From IMG/VR virus record IMGVR_UViG_3300008262_000017, positions 1 through 64,000 of that record: a stretch of 64,000 nt of DNA. One strand, written 5' to 3'. Every line of letters starts with the position of its first letter. Positions within the stretch are counted from its first letter, which is position 1. Below the pieces are notes generated by a model. The model saw only the letters and a program-made list of their open reading frames with translations. It was not told the DNA's origin and made no database searches. Shown one piece after another: positions 37,006 to 48,700 of the stretch. This DNA comes from a virus. The translations under genes and the position numbers were made by a program.

Positions 37006-39696
37006 TTAGTGTAGATCAACCCATGTGCCAGGAGTTACGTATGCTTGAATTTTTCCTGCATCTGTATTATAAACAAGCTCTCCATAATTTAGAGAAGATA
37101 AAATCCTAGCAGCTAATCCAGCATTCGTATAATTAGGAAGTCTAAAACTAGCACCATTTATGTTAGATCCTGTTTGATTAACTACAGAAATGTCACCATA
37201 TAGATAAGTTGATGTTCTATTTCCAGGAGCTGTACCTGGAACAACTTGAACTGCATATTGATTTTGTACTCCTGAGTCATCAAAAACACTCATTAAAATA
37301 CCAAATTTTCCTGATCTTATTTTTATATCATTTAATGTAGAAGCTAATGTTAGACCAGCAGGTGCTGTAACAGATGCACCACTAACTGGACCAAAATGTG
37401 TTCCTGTTGTATTGCCTGATAAATTTGCATTAATTGCACTACTAACTGTTAATCCGGTTAAAGTGCCTAGACTAGTTATGTTAGTTTGAGCTGGCGATAA
37501 AACAAATCCTGTTAAGTCTCCTGTAACATTACCAGTTACATCACCATTTAAATCACCAGACACATTACCTACAAACAATGCTGTGGGGGAAGTTGTATCT
37601 AAAATTACATTATTCGATGATGACGAAATTACATTACCTTTAAGATTAGCAAGTAGTTCATTTGGAATAACTTGCTGTTCAGAATACTTCCAACCCTGTG
37701 AAGAGTTTGTGTAAACTAGTCCAAAAGCTGTATTCTTATCATTTACTAAAAGATCTTCGTCAAGACTTACAATGTTGTCCATCTTAATTGTAAAAACTAA
37801 ATCGTTTGCAGGACTTAGACCACCTAATTCTGTTCCAAGAACTTTAATTATATCGTTATTTCTATACCCTAATCCGTGATTAACTATTTCAATATTAATT
37901 GACCCTGAAGTATAAGTTCCTGTAGAAAGCACATTTACATTAAGTAACAGTCCTGAGCCTGTAGACGGTCCTAAGTTTACTGTAGAAATATTTGCATAGC
38001 TTCCAGTAGCATCAGCTGTTCCTGCTAAAGAACTAAGATCAATTCTTCTAAATCTAATAATGTTTAATTCAGATCCAGGTAAATCAAACGTACCATCAAA
38101 GTCAATAAATCTAATTATATCCCCAGCAATAGGCACTTCAGGAAGTACTATATTAATAGTACCCGAAGCTGTACTTGCAAAAATTCTTTGTCCAGCTTCT
38201 GCCAGATAATTGTTTTCGGCAACTTCTGCCCAAGGTTCGCCTATTAGTCCATCGACATAGCCTTTTGTTGCTGCATCAGTCGAAAACGCTGGAAAATAAA
38301 TGTTAGTAATTCTACTGTTAGAAACATCGATAACACCTATGCCTGCTGGATTAATTATCAAACTTCCAGAAGAAGTACTAATAGTATTTCCATTAATATT
38401 AACGTTGTCAACTTGAAGGTCAACTAGTGTTCCCAGTTGTGTTAAACCTTGAGCTGATGTAATAGTATTTTTTATTGCAGTTTCAGAAATTAAATCTACA
38501 CCGCCAACTTTTATTGAAGTTCCGCTAGGAATATTAATACCTTCACTAAAATTCCAATTATCAGTAGATTCATTCCATAAAATAGTATGATCTGTTGTTC
38601 CTTTAAGTACAAGACCGCCCCCGTTTGCAGTGGCATCTGAAGGTGTAGCAGTTGATGCAAGAATAATTTGCTTATCATCAATAGATAATGTTGTGCTATT
38701 AATTGTTGTAGTTGCACCGTTAACTGTTAAGTTACCAGAAATTAAAACGTTACCGTTAACGTCTAATGCTGCTTGAGGATCTCCATTAAAAATTCCCACT
38801 CTATTAGTAGCAGATTTAACAGTTAATGCTTCATAAAAAATATTATTTGCACGAGTTGTAATTTTAAAATCTTGATCGTTTTTATTACTTCTAATTTCAA
38901 AATAAGATTGTTGAGGCGATGGTAATGTTACTACCTTTATTTCATTTTCTTGATTAACACCTAACTTTAAAGGAGTAGGATTTAATATGCTTAATATACC
39001 GCTAGTTGCATTGTTTCCATTTTTAATTAAAAAGTTATCAGCAGTTTGAGATTGTCCTAAACTATTAATTAAAGATTCTGCTCCTCTTGCTATGGCATTA
39101 ACTCTGATGGTAGAAAAATCAGCAGAATTAAATCCAGGTTTAATTGTTGCTTGTGAATATTCAGACAATCCTGAAGGAGTAAATTCTGGATGACTACTGT
39201 AGTAACCTAATAGCTCGCCTCCTGATCGTACTTCATCAACTAGTTTAATATTACCAAAGCTGTCAGACAGTTTTACAGGAAACATTCCTGATCTTCCGTC
39301 GCTTCTTCTCCAAGCAGGTCCTACTAAAACAGTTTCTAATCCATCATTAAAGTAAAATTGATTCTGCTCGTTGTCAATCCAAAAATCACCTTGACCTAGT
39401 GTTAATGGTTGTGTAGGAGAAACTATAGGGCCGCTGGCAACTCTAAACCCGTTTCCGTCATATACTTTTAATCTACTATCAGTTAAATCAAACCATAATT
39501 GTCCGCTAATTGGATTATTAGGTTCTGTTGTGCTAGCAAAATTTTCTAAAAGCTTAACAAAATTTTCGTTAATGTATTCGCCATAGCCAGTGACGTTTTT
39601 TCCAATAAGCGTTAGATCAGTTGCTGCTTGATCTATTTCGCTATCAAGAATTTCTTTTAATAAGCTACCATCAGTTTTGTTAATCTTATAGGTCAT
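37006..39696 (-). CDS. Tail fibre protein
   Basis: Same N-terminal anchor; G(N/D)(L/V)TG and ITSLGTLT.L fibre repeats; DAATKGYVD. Confidence 0.8.
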   Translation of the reverse strand: MTYKINKTDGSLLKEILDSEIDQAATDLTLIGKNVTGYGEYINENFVKLLENFASTTEPNNPISGQLWFDLTDSRLKVYDGNGFRVASGPIVSPTQPLTLGQGDFWIDNEQNQFYFNDGLETVLVGPAWRRSDGRSGMFPVKLSDSFGNIKLVDEVRSGGELLGYYSSHPEFTPSGLSEYSQATIKPGFNSADFSTIRVNAIARGAESLINSLGQSQTADNFLIKNGNNATSGILSILNPTPLKLGVNQENEIKVVTLPSPQQSYFEIRSNKNDQDFKITTRANNIFYEALTVKSATNRVGIFNGDPQAALDVNGNVLISGNLTVNGATTTINSTTLSIDDKQIILASTATPSDATANGGGLVLKGTTDHTILWNESTDNWNFSEGINIPSGTSIKVGGVDLISETAIKNTITSAQGLTQLGTLVDLQVDNVNINGNTISTSSGSLIINPAGIGVIDVSNSRITNIYFPAFSTDAATKGYVDGLIGEPWAEVAENNYLAEAGQRIFASTASGTINIVLPEVPIAGDIIRFIDFDGTFDLPGSELNIIRFRRIDLSSLAGTADATGSYANISTVNLGPSTGSGLLLNVNVLSTGTYTSGSINIEIVNHGLGYRNNDIIKVLGTELGGLSPANDLVFTIKMDNIVSLDEDLLVNDKNTAFGLVYTNSSQGWKYSEQQVIPNELLANLKGNVISSSSNNVILDTTSPTALFVGNVSGDLNGDVTGNVTGDLTGFVLSPAQTNITSLGTLTGLTVSSAINANLSGNTTGTHFGPVSGASVTAPAGLTLASTLNDIKIRSGKFGILMSVFDDSGVQNQYAVQVVPGTAPGNRTSTYLYGDISVVNQTGSNINGASFRLPNYTNAGLAARILSSLNYGELVYNTDAGKIQAYVTPGTWVDLH

Positions 39697-42077
39697 TCTT
39701 GTATCCTACCGGTATAGATAATATAATTTATTGTTTGATAAGGGTTAACAATATCAAATGGTTGTCCTAGAGGTGAAGCTGTATCTATACCTCCGGAGTT
39801 CTTTAAGAAGTGTCCTGCATTCGAAGTGAAATACAAGTTAGTTTCTATTACATTAGGTTCTGGAACAGGTCCAGTAGCATTTGCAACTGCATAATATTGG
39901 TTTCCAGTACTGTCTTTTAGATCGTGCTGGTGTTCTGGAAGTTGGCTTGTTGTTAGCGTGTGTCTACTTGTTCCTCCAACATTGCCAATAGTTGTTGCAT
40001 TTGGAACTCTAGGAGGAGTAGGCGTGCCGCCTCCAGCGTCTATAACACCAACAGAACTTAATATTAAATTACTTGCTGCAAGTAACGGTGCTTGAGGAGA
40101 ACAGGATACAATTATTTCTGTTTGTCCTGTTGGAACGCCAAAACTGTCTAAAATAGGAATTACCGAGTTAATAACTGCTGCACTAAGACTTACATTTAAG
40201 CCTGTGCCTATTAGCGGTCTACCAATTTGGAAAGGGCCGTTAGTTGTTAAAGAATCAGTAACTACAAATCTTGCAGTAATGGCGCCGTCAGCTACTTCGT
40301 TTCTAGTAACACTTGTTGCTAAAATTTCTTTGTTAATAGAATTACTATTATCCATGTTTTCTCTACCTAGAGGAAAACGTCCTCTCAAATCAGGAAGAGC
40401 AAAAGTTTGAAATCCTTGAAGCAAAGTTTCATTTTTATACTTAAATCCAATAACTGAAAACAATCTAAAATAAACATTTCTACTTTGTTCGCTACCGTCG
40501 CATAGTAAGTATCCTGGAGGAAGTTCTTCTCCTGCAAAAGGCATAATACTACCTACAGGAACTACACCTATACCTTTTAATATTACTGATCTAGTAACTT
40601 TGTTAAAAGAAGTGTTTCCAGGTCTTGATAATAAGAACAAATCATTTTCGTTAATATCTGTAACTGCTGTTTTATTTGTAACAAATGACGGACTAATTTC
40701 TGTAGTTAATACTACTGAACTTGTACCATTAAAACTAACAGCATTGTTTGTTGTAACATCTCCTGTTATACTAAAATTAACTGAAGATGACAATTGACTT
40801 GCGGACCCTGACAGTGTTCCAAAAAATTGCCCGCTAAAAGAATCAGCAGTGATTGTGTCTACAAAAATATTTTTAGAATATATATTGTTAAATCTCTTAG
40901 TAGGAGATCCAATAGCTGTTAAGTTTGTAAATTTAGGTAATAGGTCTGAGTTAACTGTTACTATTCCGCCAACGTTAAAATTTTCTCCAACGTTAAGAGT
41001 TTTTGCTACACCTACGCCTCCACTAAAAATAGCAGATCCTACAGATGTACTTCCTGTGTTACTTACATCATCAGCAGTATTTGTAATCCTTAATATGCCC
41101 GAAGAAGAAATATTTCCTTCTACGTCTAAAGTTGCACTTGGGTTTTTATTAATACCTACTTTTTTGTCACCAGTAACTGTAACAACATCATTAAAAACGT
41201 TAGTACCAGATTCAGTAGTTTTTAAAACAATAACTGATCCTGGTGTCTTTTGATGAATAACTGTTCCTACGATACTTGAAGAAATAGAAGTTTCTAAACT
41301 AGGGCCAACGTTTAATCCTGTTGCACTTCTAATGTTTAGTGTATTGTTTGTTGTACTAACTACATCGCTACGCAAGAAATTAGATGCAGAGATTATAGTG
41401 TTTCCAATTACTAAAGATTCAGCCTTTTCACTAGTTCCCCAAAATTTATTTTTATTAACTCCTGATAAATCAAAATCTTCATTAGATAATGTAATACCTC
41501 GTTTAATAGATTCAAATCCTGCCAGTGTAGATTTAGGAGTAAATTCGTCTTTACTAAAAACTGCAACACGTTTATCTTCAATAAACATTGTCATTACAAG
41601 TTTTTGTAAGTTAGTAGCCCTGTCAGTAATTTCTTCAACTTTTAAACCTGTCGAACTTGCTTGGTTAAACTGAGGACCTACTAGTAGCCATTGAGCACCT
41701 GTCCATAGATAAAGTTGTTGGTTAGCAGAGTCTGACCATAAATCTCCAATAACTACACCTTCTGAAGGTCTAGTACTACTTTTGTAAATATTTCCTGCAG
41801 GAATCCAATTTTTACTTTTATCTAAGACTTTTAATTGAGGATTAGTTGCATTTGTGTCATACCAAAGTTGCCCTGGAACAGATTTTTCTCTAGACGGAGC
41901 ACTGTTGTTTGCAAAATTTTCTAGAAGGTGTAAAAAATTTTCTCCAATTACTTGAGCATATCCAGGATAATTTTTTCCTACAAAAGTAAGACTTGTTTGA
42001 GTGTTAAGATCTTGGTCTGCTATTGTTATACCGTTAGGATTAGCTACTTGATCTGTAAAATTAATCTTATAAGCCAT
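39693..42077 (-). CDS. Tail fibre protein with tail-collar domain
   Basis: Same anchor; PVGSIMPFAG...GYLLCDG...FALPDLRGRFPLG collar; LPEHQH and PYQTINYII tip motifs as in gp12-like fibres. Confidence 0.85.
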   Translation of the reverse strand: MAYKINFTDQVANPNGITIADQDLNTQTSLTFVGKNYPGYAQVIGENFLHLLENFANNSAPSREKSVPGQLWYDTNATNPQLKVLDKSKNWIPAGNIYKSSTRPSEGVVIGDLWSDSANQQLYLWTGAQWLLVGPQFNQASSTGLKVEEITDRATNLQKLVMTMFIEDKRVAVFSKDEFTPKSTLAGFESIKRGITLSNEDFDLSGVNKNKFWGTSEKAESLVIGNTIISASNFLRSDVVSTTNNTLNIRSATGLNVGPSLETSISSSIVGTVIHQKTPGSVIVLKTTESGTNVFNDVVTVTGDKKVGINKNPSATLDVEGNISSSGILRITNTADDVSNTGSTSVGSAIFSGGVGVAKTLNVGENFNVGGIVTVNSDLLPKFTNLTAIGSPTKRFNNIYSKNIFVDTITADSFSGQFFGTLSGSASQLSSSVNFSITGDVTTNNAVSFNGTSSVVLTTEISPSFVTNKTAVTDINENDLFLLSRPGNTSFNKVTRSVILKGIGVVPVGSIMPFAGEELPPGYLLCDGSEQSRNVYFRLFSVIGFKYKNETLLQGFQTFALPDLRGRFPLGRENMDNSNSINKEILATSVTRNEVADGAITARFVVTDSLTTNGPFQIGRPLIGTGLNVSLSAAVINSVIPILDSFGVPTGQTEIIVSCSPQAPLLAASNLILSSVGVIDAGGGTPTPPRVPNATTIGNVGGTSRHTLTTSQLPEHQHDLKDSTGNQYYAVANATGPVPEPNVIETNLYFTSNAGHFLKNSGGIDTASPLGQPFDIVNPYQTINYIIYTGRIQE

Positions 42078-42079
42078 TG

Positions 42080-42691
42080 TTATGCAACCTCACTTAGACC
42101 TGTTAAGCTTTGAATTCTAACAGTGTAATCAATCTGGATCAATCTGTTTAAACTTTTTTGTACAGGATGAAAAATAACATGAGTTAGCAGTCTACCTTCG
42201 CCGCTAGGGCTGTAAGACACTAAACCTAGTTCATCAAAAACATAAGCACTGTTATTATCACTAGTGTTATCAAAAGCTTCTTGACCGCTTGGCTCGCCGT
42301 AGTCTAATAGGCAAGTAACAAATACATCAGTATAATTTGTACCTGTCAAATGGCGAATCTCTATACGGTTTCTAGTAGGATCTAAATTTCCAGAACTTCG
42401 ATCATTGACTATTTTTCTATAAGTTTCATTATACAAACTAGCATTAGTTCCTGTACTGTTTGGCGTAAGGTAAGTAATGATACCTGTTGGATCTACGTTA
42501 GTTCCTCCATTACCAAAGGCCATAGCATTTATAAATCCCTGCCCAGAGTCTGCAATACTTTCTGCAAGAGCAATACTCATATTTTCGTAATGGATGGCGT
42601 TTCGTTTATTAATATAAACTTCGGCAGATTCAGGGTCCCATATTTTAATGTGGCCCTCAACATGAATTCCTGATAGATCTTTACCTTGCAT
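42080..42691 (-). CDS. Putative baseplate/virion structural protein
   Basis: Lies between the wedge giant and the fibres; NAIHYEN, FDELGL, LLTHVIFHPVQKS. Confidence 0.6.
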   Translation of the reverse strand: MQGKDLSGIHVEGHIKIWDPESAEVYINKRNAIHYENMSIALAESIADSGQGFINAMAFGNGGTNVDPTGIITYLTPNSTGTNASLYNETYRKIVNDRSSGNLDPTRNRIEIRHLTGTNYTDVFVTCLLDYGEPSGQEAFDNTSDNNSAYVFDELGLVSYSPSGEGRLLTHVIFHPVQKSLNRLIQIDYTVRIQSLTGLSEVA

Positions 42692-42714
42692 AATGGTCTC
42701 TTTTTGATTTTATG

Positions 42715-42721
42715 TATTTAT
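42715..42721 (-). promoter_or_regulatory. T4-late-like promoter ATAAATA
   Basis: Intergenic; about 25 nt upstream of ATG 42691. Confidence 0.55.
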
Positions 42722-42752
42722 TCTTTGAATAAACTGAGTAGTTAACATATAT

Positions 42753-45700
42753 TTAGCTCCTTACAGTTGCAGCTGGCCAAACAGTTTTTACTGCTTTAAC
42801 AAATTTAGCAACGGCGTTTTCTGAATTTGCTAAACGCTTTCCTAGGTCATTCCATACCTTTCCTTGTTTCTTAATTACTACAACTAATGTTCCTAGTTGT
42901 GGCGTATCTCTTAGTTGTACAAAACCTGAAGAATAAGTAAATTCAGGAGCACGAACGACATCTCCTTCTGGACTATAAGGATAATTTGTATTAGCGTATA
43001 TAGTATATTGGTTCTTTTTCAGTCTATAACCTCCTACAAAAACTTCTATACTATCTGTAGGACGAGTGTTAACAAAATCAACTATCATTTTTCCGTTTAC
43101 ATAAACTTGATCTTGTACTAAACTTCCATTAAGTCTCTTTTCGTCACTTCTAGCAATCAAATATTCATCCTTATAAGGAATAGTTTCACTAGGTCCAATA
43201 TTTTGAATTAAAGTGCCTACAGAATGTTGAGTAGGAATTCCTGTTCCTAATGTTCCTCTACGAAGTTGACTTAGTATGTTTCCGTCCTTACTAAAGTATT
43301 CAATTCTTTCTCCATTAATTTCAATAACTCCTGGTTTATTTTCAGAAGGATTAGGAATGTCTAGTGTATTAGAATCTAAAACAATAATATCCCTATCTCT
43401 TTGAGATAAAGGTTGAGCTAGTGCGGTTGTCTTATCCATGTTTAATCGCTTGTAATGTGTGCGATTCATTATGTCTTTAAACTGCATAAATCCAAACTGA
43501 TCTTCAACAACAGTATTTGTAAAGGCAATAATTTGAACTTTATCTTCTTCTGCAACATAAGTGTTTAGTATAACAGTTTGTTTGTCTTCTGCTAATTCGT
43601 AATCTACTTTGTGAGATAATAATAATCCGTTCTTTATTACCCAAACAAAGTCACCGCTAGAAACAGTAGAGTTAAGTTTAAATACTCCTCCTAATTTTGC
43701 GTTATATTCAAAATATTCAGGACTTGCAAGATCTAATATAGGAATTGGACTAAATGTATCAACTGTTCTCTGAATATCTAAAGTATTATGATTATAAAAA
43801 CTTAAAATTTCAAACTTAGTGTTTGACTCATATTCTTTATTAAAAGTAATAGTTTTAGTTAAACTATCTATAGAATAATCTGCAAAAGATGTAACACCTA
43901 TAATTAAATTGCCATTTTCAACGTATCTAGAAGGAACTAACGATACTTCGACTCCGTTTAAATCTTGTTGAAGTACAAATGATGCTGAAAGTCCTACACC
44001 TGTTCCAGATCCGCCTTCGAGGATAAATGGAGCAGTAGGAAAATCAACATATAATCCAGGATCAATCAAATCAGCACGTAATATTGATCCTCCCCCTATA
44101 ACAGATGACACTAAGAAAGTTGCAATTCTATCGTAGGATATTCCTCCTACTAGTTCAATAATGTCTCCTTCTACATAACCTGATCCTCCTTCAAGAACAA
44201 AGTTATTAATGTCAATACCATATAAAGGAACAGAGTAATTTAAGTTAACATTAAAATCTGATCCAACACTTAGTTGTTCTCCATTTAAGTATACTACTAA
44301 ATTATCTACGTTAACTTCAGTTGCTTGATACTTACTGTCTTCGAGAGCGTAAGTTAGTTGCAGGTTCTTTATTGTAAAATAATTGTAACTTGGAGAAGAA
44401 AGTATTTCATTTTCTGTTTTAACTAAAACATTTGCTTCAAATGGTAAATCAACACCGATAGTATTTGTTAAACTATAAGTTGCTGTTCCTTCTTGATAAT
44501 CAATAATTTGAGATTTAATAATACTTGCAGTTTGAGAAATATCAGCAGAATCTATTATAAAGTTAATAACAGCTCCAGCCGGAGGTGCTTCAGGAAACTG
44601 GATACCAAGTCTAGACCTCCATGTTTGTCCTTCTAAATCTGTGTAATTTGAATCTGTACTAAAGATAGTAAACGGTACAACTTCTCCGTTTACTAGCACA
44701 GTTGCATTAACACTAGGTAGCCAAGGAGAACGAGTAATGTATTCAGTTGTTTCTCCATCTGAAATATAATAATCTAAGTCTAAAATATTTTCAGCGTTAA
44801 AGCTAACGCTTATAATAGAAACTTCTAATCCTGCCGGAGGAGTGACTTCAAGAATAACTTTATTATTTTGATAATCAATAGTGTAATCGTCTTCAAATAT
44901 TAAAATTTGATCAGCTAATTTTACAATAACAGAGTTACTATTTGGAAAGTATTGCCCAATAACAAATTCATTAGTTAGACCATTAGTCAAATGAGTTTTA
45001 AACAGTATGTTAGGACATCCGCCAGTCGGTCTTGAATAAACTTTAATGGCCAATGTATCCATAACTTGCCCTGGCACTACTTCTTCAGGTGCATGACTAG
45101 TCATTGCTGTAACAAATCCGTCACCGTCTAAAGTAATATCATCGGGTGCAAATCCAGTAGCAGTATTATATGCTAGGTTGCCTCCAGACAGTTTAGTGTC
45201 ATAGTCGTCATCTCTAGGATTGATAGATCCGTCACTTTCAATTTTTCGAATGATGATTCTATCGCCGTAATCTTCGTTATCTATTACATAAGTTTGTAAA
45301 TTGAGAGATTGAGGTAATACTAAAATATCAATTTCGCCGTCGCCGACAAAAGAAATCATAGATGCATCATTATTGTAAACTCTCCATTTTCCAGAAGTTA
45401 ACCCTTCAAGGAAAGAGGACTGAGATACGTGTGAAACTAAACAGACATACTTTTTATCAGAACCAATAACTGATCCTTTGACATAGTTAGTGTTAGGAGT
45501 CCAACTACCTAAAGAAGTTACACCAAATGCTGAGTCATCAATTTTTATAGGATCTTCGTGTTTTAAAGTTACATTATTAAATCTAGCAATATAAACATTT
45601 AAGATTTGATTTTTTTCAGGAACATAAGGAAGACTAATTTGATAAGATGGAGTTCCTGTTGCATCTATAATGAAATCGTCAAAATCTGGAGCGGTAGTGT

Positions 45701-48700
45701 CCCATACCTCTGAGAACCAAGGAAGACTGTCCCATCCAAAAGATGCTTCAAACCCTAGTCCTGTAACAGCTACTCCGCCATAATCAACTCCTGTCATTAG
45801 TTGACTTAGATCTTTTCCTAACTGACCTGTTGTAGGTTTATAATAAAAATTAATTCTATCTGTTGCAGCTAGATGATTAAAGTTTTTATGATACTCAATT
45901 ATTATCTCGCTGCCTTTAACAGGAGGCTCTGCAAATGTTAAAAGTCCAGAATACTCTGTAACACTTCCATTAAATGTAGAAACCGTGGTTAACTTATATT
46001 CATTTTTTAATACTTCTGCACCGTTAAGATATACAAGATAACTATCAGTGCTGATGTTAGGGCTCCATATTAGAGGAAACTGTGTCTTAGATCCAGACGC
46101 TGTAAAAGTTTCAGATACTTCTAAATTTGTAATTTGATAAGACTTTGAAATTCTATCAAATTTAATTGTTGTACCAGTTGTTCTTGCAAGAGAATCTCCT
46201 ATTATTGCCACAGCTCTTGCCGGAGTACCTCCTAGGCCAAGTCCTCCTTTTATAATAACATTAGGAGCCTTAGTCCATCTAGAACCAGCTTTGATTAAAT
46301 CAATTCTGTTTACTTTACCGTTTGCAATATAAGCTTTTGCAAGTGTCGGAGTTCCTCCGGACAATTGATCTCCTACTATTTCTACTGTTGGATTTAAAAT
46401 GTATCCGTTTCCTGGATCAACTATTTTTACACTTATTACTTTAAATCCTAGAGTGTCTGCCCAATTTTTCCATGGGTATTGATTTATTTCAGCAAAACTT
46501 GTAACTACTTCTGTTCCTTGAACATAGACTGTTAAAGGAGATACTGAATAATCTTGATTAATTACTGGCAACAAATCAAAATCAGTTACAACAGTTTTAG
46601 TAGGGTCTAACGCATCATAACTACTTACAAACTCCCTAATTTTAGTTCTGTACGGTTTAACTTCTTTTATGTACTCTTCAAAATTTTCAAGGTTGTCGTT
46701 TTTATAAGTTATTTTCTGTGTAAGTTCTCCAACATTATGTTGACTCTTAACAAAGCTAGTTTTAAACACCCAGTCAACTAATAGTTGCTCGCTTAGAACA
46801 TACTTAACGCTTGCAAAGAAAAGTTTTAGATATTCAACTCTATACTGATCTATTAAGATGTCATCTCTAATAGATTCTAATATAATTTTAAGTTCCGTAA
46901 CTGGGTAATTATCGTATAGGTTAGCATCTAACAGTAGATTATCATAGGTAGTTAACGGACTATAAATTGAACTTAAAAATTCAACAGTTCCGTTTTGTCT
47001 AGCAATGACTTCGTAATTTTCTGTATAATCAATTGTAACCTTATCATTAAATTTTCTTAATAACATCCATCCGCCTGAACCAATGTTATTAATTTTAACA
47101 ACACTTCCTACACGAACATCAGTTACTACTAGCTGATGAGTATTTTCAAAAATTTTATCAATTTTTGTAAACTGATTAAATCCTTCTTTATACCAGTCGA
47201 TATATTTCCAATACTTAGTAACATTGTAAGCTTGAGATTTTACTCTTTCCCATACATTGCTTTCTAAATTCCATTCGTAAATAGTCCAACTTTCTAATGC
47301 AAAAGTATCAGACGTGACTAACACTGACAGCGACCTAATGTCTAACACAGTATCGCTATCATAGCCTTCACCGCCGTTGATAATTTCTACTTTAATTACT
47401 TGGCCTAAAGCATTTACTACAGTTTTAATAACTGCACCCATGCCGTTGCCGCTAATTTTTAAATCTGGACCAAACCAAGCAATAGGATCTAACGTTTGGT
47501 TGTCGTATTGATAAGGCCTAAAGTTAGCATATCCGTTTCCTGAAGAAACTATTGTTACATCAATAATTTTACCGTTACTTACAACCGGATTAAAAATAGG
47601 TTTTACAAAATTCTTTGTAGGAACAAATCGCAATTCTTCTTCTATATCTATATTTCTATCCCACTCTCCAGACACGGTTGTCGGAGCTACTTCAGCTTGT
47701 AATAAGTTTGAAAAATTATACGTATCAGCAATTAAGATATCTTTAAGTACTGTGTTAGTTCTTTCAACTAATTGTTTTAATGCTTCAATTCTGTTAATAA
47801 ACATGCCTTGACGCGGTCTAAATTCAATACCGTATCTATTTTTAAAAGGCAACTTTAGATCTGGTACAAGTCTGCCAGCATCATCTTTTCCAATTAGACT
47901 ATGGAACCACTTGTTTTCAATTGCAGATGGAATAACAGTGTTTTTGTTTAAACTTAATAACTTCCATTGACTATGGAAGTTAGTTCTGTTATCAGTAATC
48001 CAATACTGAACATTTAACGCAACATTGTTATCTTCAAGATACTTGTCAACGTTCACTAAACTTAGACAATTAGCACTGTTAAAAACAACGCAAGGATATC
48101 CATAAGAAATCGGATCTGCTATTAGCCTAGATACATTAGATGCGCTAACAGTTCTACCTTCTACATTAGGTACAGTTTTTTTATTTTTTACCCAATAGTA
48201 ATATGTGCTTTTTACTTTTTGACTAATATTATCAAAATAAGTTTTTACACTATAGACGTTATTTCCGTACCTTGGTGCTCCGCTAATGCCTCTAGTAAAT
48301 CCTTCTTCTGTGTCTGAAAGTGCAGACCATGCTGTTGGCAACAAATCAGTTTCAACCCATTCATAAATGTCAATGCTAGCAGTATCATACAGTTTATTCC
48401 AATTAGAAGATTTGTATAAAGAATCACCTGAGTGATTATCATAAAACCTTGCTCTTGATAGATCCCACCATAACATTCCGACATGTTCAGCAGTCCAATT
48501 TAAACCTTCATCAACATTGACTCCTGTTCCAGTTGAATAAATTGCAGGGTCATAATATGTTTTAAATTTTATTTCTTGATCTGCTGCACCTGGAAGTTTT
48601 CCTTGTTGTGTATCAACTACATCAAGATATGTAATTAACTCGTTTGTTTTTTTGTTGTAAAGATATGCCTTCTTAATTTTAGAAACATCAATGTCTAATG

